Positions 53,201 through 62,246 of a stretch of 64,000 nt of DNA are shown here, piece after piece. Made by a program: the position numbers and the translations under genes. The stretch is from Pelomyxa schiedti (taxonomy: Eukaryota > Protista > Evosea). Every line of letters starts with the position of its first letter. Positions within the stretch are counted from its first letter, which is position 1. The DNA is taken from positions 27,927 to 91,926 of the forward strand of contig JAHLWZ010000711.1 of assembly GCA_020536535.1 (NCBI GenBank), read 5' to 3'. The notes below the pieces were generated by a model that was given only the letters and a program-made list of their open reading frames with translations, was not told the DNA's origin and did no database searches.

Positions 53201-54756
53201 GCAAGTGCCTTCTCGTGTTGGGCTTCCAGCTCAGTCTTTTCAGCAACAAGTGCATCAAGTTTTTCCTGCACGGTATTTTTTTCTGCAGTGACGGTTCCGA
53301 TTTTTCCATTGAACTCGGCAGCTTCTTGTTTCTGAGTATTGAATTATTGTCACAGCAACAGGAAAGCAGGAAACCAGTTTGGCCTGCAACTCATCTTTTC
53401 TTTTGCGATACTTCTGGTGTTCTGCCTTGGAATGTTCTCTTTCAGTCTCTAGTGTTTCTTATTTGTTTTAGTGTTGCTTGTTGCACGTTTCTCAAAAACC
53501 TCTGATCTTTTTTAATTCTGTTTGAAGTTCCTCCTTCTCTGCGGAAAGTTTTGCTGTGTGCTTTTTTTCTGCATCGAGGCTCTGGGAGGCGTCCTCTAAA
53601 GAAGAACTAGCACTAAAGTCGTCAGTCCTGAAGGGGACGAGGGTGGGGGGAAGAGACTAACCTTAAAGCAGCTTGTAGTTCTGATGCTTTGTGCTCACAG
53701 GATTTCTTGTATTTTTTAAGGTCATGACTTTTCTGTTCAAGCTTTTCTTTAAGTTCGTCATGTTCCTTCCTCATAGAAATGACAGTTTGTCGTAATTGCA
53801 TTAATTCCTCAACTTCTGCGCCACAGGTTTAGGAAATGAAAAGGAAAAAGTACAAAAGACCTTGTGAAGGTTGTGCCGGAGTTGCAACGGGAACTGGTGT
53901 GGTTGGCGTGGTGGTAGGTGCAGATGGGGGACTTACTGTAGTAGAAGCTGAGGTCGAAGTTGTGGTGGAGCTTGCCGTGTTTGGTGGAGTGCTTTCATAA
54001 GTGTCAAAATTGAAAGTCTCATCCGCCTCTTCATCATCCTAATGGACAAAGGAATTCAGCTAAAATTAACAATACACATTTTTTTACATCAGCTTCAGAC
54101 TTCAAAACCTCAGTTTCATCCTCCCTGAAAAATGGAGTCAGAGGGAAGGAGGCGAGGAGGCGAGGGAACTTACCCAGTAGATGCTCCCATGTTTTCCGAA
54201 GAAAATTTTACCTGAGTTACTTAAGACAGTTCAGAGGAAAAAAGCAGGAACAGGCTTACCACAAGGCTAACACTTCCCTTAGTCTTCTCACCTTTGCCCT
54301 TCTTTGATAGCATAAGTGTTGCTGCTTTAGTGGAGCCGCCAAGGTCCGCATAGTCGCTGAGATTCACTGTTGTTTTCCCAAGAACTCTTTTTTTCTTACC
54401 ACCTCTATCCTCAACATTGAAAACAATACTTTTTTCATCCTATTCTAGAGTAAGAAAAAGGAAAAAAGGCCTCCCCGAAGCCAGAACAACAAATGGAAAC
54501 CCATAGCAATAATAATAATAATAATAAAATCACGTACATAGCCAGCACCCTCCTTAAACAAGGTGCAAACAACAGTGACAGCCTCATTCCACTCGCACGT
54601 TCCGTTCTTCACGGGCCGCGGCGCAGTGGCTCCCTGGTTGTCCTTCTTTGCACCACGCTTCCACGCCACGGCCGCCGACGACACCCCCGTCGGCAGCCCA
54701 CTGGCGACGACGAACGTGATGCGGTAGCGTTGCTTCACGCCTTTTTTCTTGAACAT
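47294..54756 (-). CDS. Giant NT-C2 (EEIG1/EHBP1-type) + extended coiled-coil + Dilute (DIL) domain protein
   Basis: N-terminal VAWKRGAKK..G..CEWNE..CTLF..LGKTTVNLSDY; a 1148-aa coiled-coil ORF (49001-52447); C-terminal QLCYWMNGLLFNKL..CTCSRGINM..ISQLEEF..IREASNLL..LNMAQV..Y.PD. Confidence 0.85.
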
Positions 54757-55137
54757 TCTCCCAGAGCCTGTCCCTGCTCAGGTCGTGTGACCGTTGCGTT
54801 TCAGAGTTGCACAGTCAAAGATCCTCTCGGTAATGAATTACGCAAGAGTGTCGATCGCCCTGAATACAAAAGAGCCTTCTTTACTACCGACACACAAAAC
54901 GTGTCGCTGTGGGTCGGATCTCTCGTGTGCGAGTTTGGTTTTTTTTGTTTGTTTTTTGCCTGGCTCTTCTGGAACGCACTTTTTGATTTCGTTTGAATTT
55001 GGCATTTTAAAACCCCGGCGATGTTCAGATGGAAACGAGCCAGTGGCAGTCAGTGTCATGTGGGTAAAATTTAAGATTTCTTTTAAATGACTTGTGGAGG
55101 TTGTATTTTGCTTTGGTTGGAACAACATTAGGTGATA

Positions 55138-57336
55138 CTACAGCTCATATCTTGCATTTGGGGCACTGTTTGGGAGTATTAAACTAAAGTTGAACAGGGA
55201 AAAAGAAAAGAATCACATACGCATCATCTTCATCATCCTCTTCGTCCTCGGTTTTGGGCAGCTCAAGTTGCTCCCAAGCAAATGGTTGACTGGCGTTTTT
55301 TTGTGTTTGGTCACTGTGTTTGTAGTGTTTGTGTTATTTGTACCTGTTTTCCTTCAAGAAGTCAACCATGTCCTCAAGAGTGCGGGAACCGTCATATGAA
55401 AGTGGGTCTTTGTTCGACGCTCGGAAAAGGAGCAACGTTGGGTAGCCTAAAGGCATGAGTTGCTGCCGCAGATATTGGTTTGCATACCGGACACTGGCAG
55501 GTTATTTGGAATGTCATTGGCGCTAGCATCAATCTCGGCTATACGGAGGGTTGGAACTGGCTTTGCCCACTCCCCAAGCTGCTCATAGATTGGAGCAAGA
55601 GCTTGGCAATGGCCGCACCCTGTGAGTTGTCAGTTATTGTCAAGTTGGCGAACATTTCGAACTTACATGGGACGTAAAATTTGACAAGCACATCACGTGT
55701 TGGATCGTCAACCACTTCATTAAAGGTGTTCCCAACGATGGTAAAAACTGGGCCGTCATTGGTTGCTGAGAGGGGAAAGAACCCTGCGTTAAATGAAGAA
55801 AAATTGGAATGTGATTACTTGGGATAGGTTGTGACAGAATAGTTGGCTTGAGGTTCCCCGAGAGGAAACTGTCAACAAAGGTTGTGAGCATAGATTTGTC
55901 GATTGACTCAGTATCCTCCATAGTGAAGCGTAACTGTGGGAATATTAGATGCCAAGTGTATTTTTCTAGCACACCATTCCGTTCGTCAAAACAAAAGCAG
56001 GCAAATGGTGAGATGCAACAGCCAACATTTGAACTTGCTTGGTGAATTTTTTGCTGCAAAAAAAAGGTCATATGAGTAAGATAACCACCAACGGGTACCT
56101 ATCCAGCCAGAGGAAAACTATCTTGTGTTTGTACTCGGCAGCAATACCCGCAACAAGTTCAATTGTGGCATTGTTGTCTGCTTCTGGATTGAGAACGAGC
56201 CATGCGATGGGTAAGCCAGTGGTGATGTATTTGGCATAGGTTTGGGGTCCAATTTCAGCCTTAAGTGTATTGGAAAGGAGTAAACCTGGGTGAACCTTAC
56301 AAGAGGAGGCAGACTTTCTGTTATAAGCCACTTGTCCACAGCTTGAAAGTCGATGGGAACTTCTAGAGGAAGAGTGTTCTTCACCAACCATGAACCAGTC
56401 TCACTTAATGCTGGATCGAGTAGTGCAATGAAGGGGGCCGGAGTAGTAAATTGTGGTGGTACAGCTCCAACTATAACAGCATGTGCGTAGGCACTGTTAA
56501 GGTGATAGCTCCCCACCCACCTCATAAATGACTTATAGTCTTCACCTGAAGACTCAATAAGGTTCAGGAGTGTCCTATTTGACAGCCTCACCTTCACTAG
56601 AGTCAAAAAATGCAATGACAACGGGAGTTTTGCTCTTCTGAATAAAGTCATTGGCCTCATCCATGCTAGCCAGTTGAACAACACCTGGGCCTCTCGCTCT
56701 AAGGAGAATAAACAAGAAGAGGGGGAAAAAGGGAAGTGTGCCTCTCAACAAAACTGACCATAGCTTCAGCAGTGCGCTCTCCGTTGTAATCAACAGGAAT
56801 TCCGTCTCTGTGAAAAAGATATTAAATTGTGGAGTGCTTCACAAGCGTACTTGAATAGCCTCAAAATGGGATAGTGGTCGATTTGTTGTGAAGTAGCAAC
56901 TTCTTGATTAGCAACTGCATCAACGCGGGCAATAGTAACGTCATCACCTTCAAAGGCCTGAAGCAGAGACCATGCCATCAAGTAAGAAAAAAAAAAAAAA
57001 GGAAAGGAGAGAGACGGAACTAACGCACCCACGCCAGTAGGTTGTATTCAGGTGCCAATTGTTGACAATGGCCACACCTACGTAGAAATGTATTAATTAA
57101 CTGTCATCGTAACGTGAAAATACAGGGATCTCACCATGGGGCGTAAAACTCAACGAATATGATAGGGTGCTCGCGAATAGCGGTTGCAAAAGTGGCGTCA
57201 GTGAGATCCAGGATCGGGGCCTCTTCGGCTGCGTTTAATACCAAAAAATGAAGTGCACATTACAACAAAACACACCAAGGGCCAAGGTCAACGACAACAC
57301 GCACAGTCCCGCAAACAACGCGCCACGTGTCACCAT
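55138..57336 (-). CDS. PDI: Protein disulfide isomerase (a-b-b'-a'), multi-exon
   Basis: Signal peptide, two WCGHC sites (FYAPWCGHC, FYVPWCGHC), GYPTL, acidic tail, C-terminal xYEL. Confidence 0.95.
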
Positions 57337-57658
57337 CCCCTCGGTTTTCAAAAGCAAAGACAATCAAAAATGGAAACTCCAGAGGAAAAAGCTGTCAGGG
57401 TTTTGGGTTTTTTTTTTTTCGACGTGGCTGATGTTTCGCTTGTCGTTGAGCGTGAACTGGTGCAAATAGGCAATGGGCGAATTCGTTGCTTGTGGGCATA
57501 AAGGGAAAACAAAAGGCCGACAAGGGCTCTCTTTCGTTGGGTCTAAGACGACCCAAAGCCTACGTGACTTAGTCAGGTGCCATCATGACATGATGACAAA
57601 CGAAACACAGCCACCGCGAGCTAAATTCATCCACACACAATGATTTGATTGTCGTGGT

Positions 57659-58963
57659 ATGTCTGACACGCACTTTGGCGAGAAAAATTACAGTAAAAGC
57701 ACAGTTGATCACCAGGCCATGAGTGACGCGCCGCAGTCGTCTGTTCCTAAGAGGAGAAAACAAAACAACGGCAATGGCAACAACCGACCCCCACAACAAC
57801 CTCCGAACGACAACAAGTTCCTTACCACCATCCGGATCACCGCTCGAGAACAAATTATGGCACTCCTCACTTCGTCCGTCGCCCGATGCGGCACCGTCTC
57901 GTGCCCGGCTCGCCTATTCTCAACCAACGGGTTCCTCGCGCGCCACTTATGGGATCGTTACATCAACGTAGGCACGAGGCTGTTACTCCATGCAACTTAT
58001 GGGAATCGCCACACACCCCAGTTGTTCGCAATCGACATCGGCCTTACTCTTGGCATAATACAAGTTGGCACAGTCTCGGCAAAGGCACCGTATGATCGGC
58101 TGGCTTCACTTGGGGAGGGCTTGGCCATGGCTGTCTATAAGGTGGAAATTGACAGGAGCCACAAATACGACTTGTGGGCGTCAGAAGTCTTTGGTGGAAC
58201 GCAACGGAAAATTGCGGAGCAAGCCCACAGCACCGCATTCTATGGGGCTAATTCTAAGTGGTGCTTGCTCTATGATTGCGTGATGCGCAACATCACAGTT
58301 GCTAACCTGCCTGAGGGTACTTCCACCAATCTCGGAATATCTGTTGGTCAACATGAAAACGAGAACCTTCAGGAACTTCCTACCGAGTTCGCACAGGGAA
58401 ATGTATTCTTCAGTACAACAGCCCTGGATCAAGTTGTCCTTAATTTCAGGTACTCTCGGAAGGCACCAGAGCAGTTTTTCCTGTTTGACCTAGAGGAGAC
58501 GTGGCGAACCAAAACACTGGCTCTCACAAGCTACAAAACATGGGCTCCCAGCCACCATGAATACTTTTCCAATGGTTTCATTTGTACAAAGGCTGATGGG
58601 AGCATAGTGTATGTTGTCAGGACAATGAAGACTGACTGGTCGGCTGGAAGTATAGTGGCAGTACCAGTGGAGGAAACCCCAGCAACAAAAATGACAGACC
58701 AGGCCATCTATCTTTCTGCACTCCATGACACTCTGTTCTGCGTTGCCAAGAACGGTGCCTACGAAATATGGGACTGCAATGACACATCTGCGCCACGTCG
58801 AGTTTCCAATACCCAATGCCTTTTGATTGATAGCATGGCTGACTTCGTCTTCGTTGTTTCCAGGAATGAAATTGAGATAAGGGAGGCACTCTCTGGCACA
58901 CTTGTACTAAAGTTAGAGGCACGTAGGATCCGACTGAAGCAAGTTGTTTCTGGCTCTCCATAA
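57659..58963 (+). CDS. Intronless hypothetical protein with N-terminal AREQxxAL..RCG..PAR motif and beta-rich C-terminal region
   Basis: 434-aa ORF containing TAREQIMALLTSSVARCGTVSCPARLF..LARHLWD, followed by short strand-like repeats (YEIWD, IEIRE). Confidence 0.75.
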   Translation: MSDTHFGEKNYSKSTVDHQAMSDAPQSSVPKRRKQNNGNGNNRPPQQPPNDNKFLTTIRITAREQIMALLTSSVARCGTVSCPARLFSTNGFLARHLWDRYINVGTRLLLHATYGNRHTPQLFAIDIGLTLGIIQVGTVSAKAPYDRLASLGEGLAMAVYKVEIDRSHKYDLWASEVFGGTQRKIAEQAHSTAFYGANSKWCLLYDCVMRNITVANLPEGTSTNLGISVGQHENENLQELPTEFAQGNVFFSTTALDQVVLNFRYSRKAPEQFFLFDLEETWRTKTLALTSYKTWAPSHHEYFSNGFICTKADGSIVYVVRTMKTDWSAGSIVAVPVEETPATKMTDQAIYLSALHDTLFCVAKNGAYEIWDCNDTSAPRRVSNTQCLLIDSMADFVFVVSRNEIEIREALSGTLVLKLEARRIRLKQVVSGSP

Positions 58964-59132
58964 CCAAAAGATGTGGTCACATAAGCACAATAAAAAACCC
59001 CATGCCTGCTCTCCATTTATTTGGTGTTCGTCACGCGAGAACAATAGAAAGAGAGGCAAAGGTTCGCAGGCACAAGTTCATTCTTCTGTCTTTCCACTGA
59101 AACCACTGCCTGAGGAGTTAGAACCCATGAAT

Positions 59133-59224
59133 TGCATCTTAGCCTAAGGGCAAGACAGGTCAGTTTTGGGGGCCTGGTTGGCAGGACGTCGCTAGTTCGA
59201 ATCTCAAGCCGACTGTAGTTTTTT
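59133..59224 (+). ncRNA. tRNA-derived Pol III-like cassette, copy 1 (degenerate tRNA-Ser-like / SINE head)
   Basis: A-box-like TAGCCTAAGGG, B-box GTTCGAATC, 3' GCCGACTG as in tRNA-Ser, oligo-T terminator; imperfect cloverleaf with long variable arm. Confidence 0.65.
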
Positions 59225-59303
59225 GTTTTTCTTTTCGTTTTCTTTTTCTTTTCTGGCCCGCCAGCTTCTAACTCCTTGGGAACCCTTGGTTATTTGAATT
59301 GAT

Positions 59304-59396
59304 TGCATCTTAGCCTAAGGGCAAGACAGGTCAGTTTTGGGGGCCTGAGTGGCAGGACGTCGTTAGTTCGAATCTCAAGCCGACTGTAGTTTTTTT
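59304..59396 (+). ncRNA. tRNA-derived Pol III-like cassette, copy 2
   Basis: Near-identical to copy 1 (about 3 substitutions), followed by a T7 run. Confidence 0.65.
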
Positions 59397-59477
59397 CTCC
59401 TTTTCTTTAAGGGACCCCGAAAAGCGTTCCGGGGCATTTTTTCCCCACCTGACAGCCCCACTGCTTCCACAGACTAA

Positions 59478-59570
59478 GGTATCTTAGCCCATGGGCAAGA
59501 CAGGTCTTTTCTGGGGCCTGGTTGGCAGGACGTCGCAAGTTCGAATCTCAAGCCAACTACTATTTTTTTT
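59478..59570 (+). ncRNA. tRNA-derived Pol III-like cassette, copy 3 (more diverged)
   Basis: Same boxes; CGCAAGTTCGAATC..GCCAACTAC resembles the tRNA-Ser 3' half; T8 run. Confidence 0.6.
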
Positions 59571-59874
59571 CCTGTTTTTGTTTGTTCAAGGATCATCCAT
59601 CATCATCTTACTACATGGGCAATACTGGACAGGTTGGAATGCCCCAGGCTGGACCAACGTTATTACGCACCTCATGCAAGACACCGAAGCGCACCTACCC
59701 TCTGGCATACACTTCCCTCTGGGGAGTGCAGCAACCTCCCAGCTGGAGTGACTGCCCTTGGGTAACAGTCCACTTGTTCTTGTCAATACAACATTGCTTT
59801 TCACCGGGGGGGTGTTTTTTCTTGATTCTTTGGGCAGTAGGGGACATCAGCAACAACAGGTTTTTTTTTTCTTC

Positions 59875-60972
59875 ATGCAAACGATACTCCACCAACTGAA
59901 ACCAACTGGCACAATTTACACTGGTGTGCTTTTGGGGCCGGAATTTCCTGCAAGTGGGTAAAACTTCGTGCAAAGCAGCCTAACAGTGAACACGAACTTT
60001 GCAGGCGAACTTTGCAAGCGAATTTTTCAAACAAAGTTGTGGGGGGGGCAGCACAGTGTATTGTGTGGCTCGTTGTGCCTGTGACATGTTGTTATGTGTC
60101 ATATTAATACCTCCACAAACGTTTTCCTCATTTTTTTCGTCATTCCTTACAACAGGAATATTTGTGTGGCTTGTGGCATTCCGTCAAGACTGTGGGGGTG
60201 GATTGGTTGCGATCTTTCCGGCATTTATCGGCACTCGCGATAGTTTTAGCGACAATATTTCGACTGATATCGACACTTGTAGCGATCCTTTCGGCACCTG
60301 CAAAGATCTTTTCGACTTAACCTGTCACTGTCTTCTCAGTGAATGGACCAGTGTAGTCAAGAACCTCAACACCCCTGGAATCCCACCATCGATTGGTAAT
60401 CAAGCCCTCCAAGTAGCCACCAATATGAAACCACTCAATAACCGCATGGCCCATCTTTGCGATGTGTCCCCAACTTCCCGCCATGGATGTGACTCTCCGG
60501 AAACAATGAAGCACATCCTAAACAGATGCAGACATAACTCCGACCTCCGGCGCGAACTAAACGCGAACCCTCACAAGATCCTGAACTGAACGTAATTCCT
60601 AACTCGCCGGACTCTACAATTACCACACCTCGACACTCCCGCAAGAACTAGCGCGAGTGGAGGTCTGTTTGGCTTTGGGGTTGTCAACCCAAGCAGTTAT
60701 CCAAAAAGCAGCCGTCGTCCACCCGAGATACCAGCAAAATGACCCACCTTGAACAAAGGTATAACCGCAGACCCACCTACAATTAAACCAGTAACCGCCA
60801 AACCACCGTCAAGCCAAACACACAACAACAAAACAAACAAAGCATCGCGCAAACCAAAAAAGAACCCAACGCAACACCGTAGCAGACACCTACACCGCCA
60901 ATCCCCTTCCATCCCCTCTGTCGTTCTCAGTGTAAAAAGTTCGTAATAAATGCCCCGACGTGTGGGCTTAAC
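59875..60972 (+). mobile_element. Non-LTR retrotransposon (L1/Tx1-like) 3' fragment A, interrupted by a DNA transposon
   Basis: 59886-59910 and 60354-60972 match fragment B (61563-62246). Encodes zinc-finger remnant RHGCDSPETMKHILNRC. Confidence 0.8.
59919..60353. mobile_element. 435-bp non-autonomous DNA transposon (CACTGGT...ACCAGTG termini, TA target-site duplication)
   Basis: TA at 59917-59918 and 60354-60355; the empty site in LINE B has a single TA (61594-61595); 7-bp TIR; subterminal repeats (GAACTTTGCA; GCGATC). Confidence 0.85.
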
Positions 60973-61012
60973 CCTGGGGCTGAGGGAGTTAGAACCCATG
61001 AATTGCATCTTA

Positions 61013-62246
61013 TAAGGACCCAGAGTGAATACCCTCCTGTTAAAAGGAGGTTCCTTTTTACATCACCGCTAAAGAAAAGATTGAACCAGCAATCAACAAA
61101 GCCTGCAAGAGAGCTCAAGCCATCATTCCGAAGGTTATTGGCCTCCAACGTAAAGTGTTGGCTGCCAATATCTACATCCACTCCATCCTCCAATACCAAT
61201 GCCGATTCGAAGTCTTCTCCCCAACAGACATCTGGAAACCATACATGACCAAGATCTTCCGATTGATTACCCCCTCAAATTGCACATCCCTGGAGCACCT
61301 CACCACCCTCAAAAAGCAAGGGGGGCTGTCTACACCCTTGCTGGATATGATGTGGTGGAACGTTGCAACAGCAGTTTCAGCCTATCGCAACCCCAATCGT
61401 CACAACCCCACAAACAAAGATGGCACCAGCCCAATTTGGGAGATTGCCCTCCTCAATAAGCATATTCCAGCCCACATGAGCACTCCCACTGACATCTACA
61501 GGAGTATCATGCAAGAACGACCCACCAAACCCCTTCACCACAAACTTCACACTGCCATGAACACTCCACCAACTGAAACCAACTGGCTCAACTTAGTCAA
61601 GAACCTCAACACCCCCGGGATCCCACCATCGATCCGCAATCAAGCCCTCCAAGTAGCCACCAACATGAAACCACTCAACAACCGCAGGCCCATCTTTGCG
61701 ATGTGGCCCCAACTTGCCGCTATGGATGTGACTCTCTGGAAACGATGAAGCACATCCTAAACAGATGCGGACATAACTCCGACCTCCGGCGCGAGCTAAA
61801 CGCGAACCCTCACAAGATCCTGAACGTAATCCCCAACTCGCCGGACTCTGCTAAGACAGCAGCAAAAACCCTCGTCGGACTCTACAATTTCCACACCTCG
61901 ACACTCCCGCAAGAGCTTGCGCGAGTGGAGGTCCGTTCGGCTCTGGGGTTGTCCACCCAGGCCGTTATCCAAAAAGCAGCCATCGTCCACCCGAGATACC
62001 AGCAATATGACCCACCTTGAACAAAAGTATAACCGCAGACCCACTTTCAATTAAACCAGTATAACCAGTAGCCGTCAAACCTCCGTCAAACAAAACACAA
62101 CAACAAAACAAACAAAGCATCGCGCAAACCGAAAATAACCCAACGCAACACCGTAGCAGACACCAACACCACCAACCCCCCTCAACCCCCTCTGTCGTTC
62201 CCAGTATAAAAAGTTCGTAATAAATGCCCCGACGTGTGGGCTTAAC
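61013..62246 (+). mobile_element. Non-LTR retrotransposon (L1/Tx1-like) 5'-truncated fragment B, frameshifted
   Basis: RT thumb region (RKVLAANIYIHSILQY..LKKQGGLS), C-terminal CCHC finger CRYGCDSLETMKHILNRC, A/C-rich 3'UTR with AATAAA. Confidence 0.85.

Noticed and set aside
45979-57336. Functional cluster of membrane-trafficking/ER genes (syntaxin, DIL tether, PDI)
   Set aside because: Such genes are common, and adjacency in a compact eukaryotic genome is not evidence of co-regulation.
59105-59135. Hammerhead ribozyme core CUGAGGA
   Set aside because: No stem II/GAAA follows, and the second copy (60980) reads CTGAGGG.
59133-59570. Functional tRNA genes or a CRISPR-like array
   Set aside because: Stems are defective and the anticodon loop is not conserved. 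The repeats are about 90 nt, diverged, in a eukaryote, with no cas genes.
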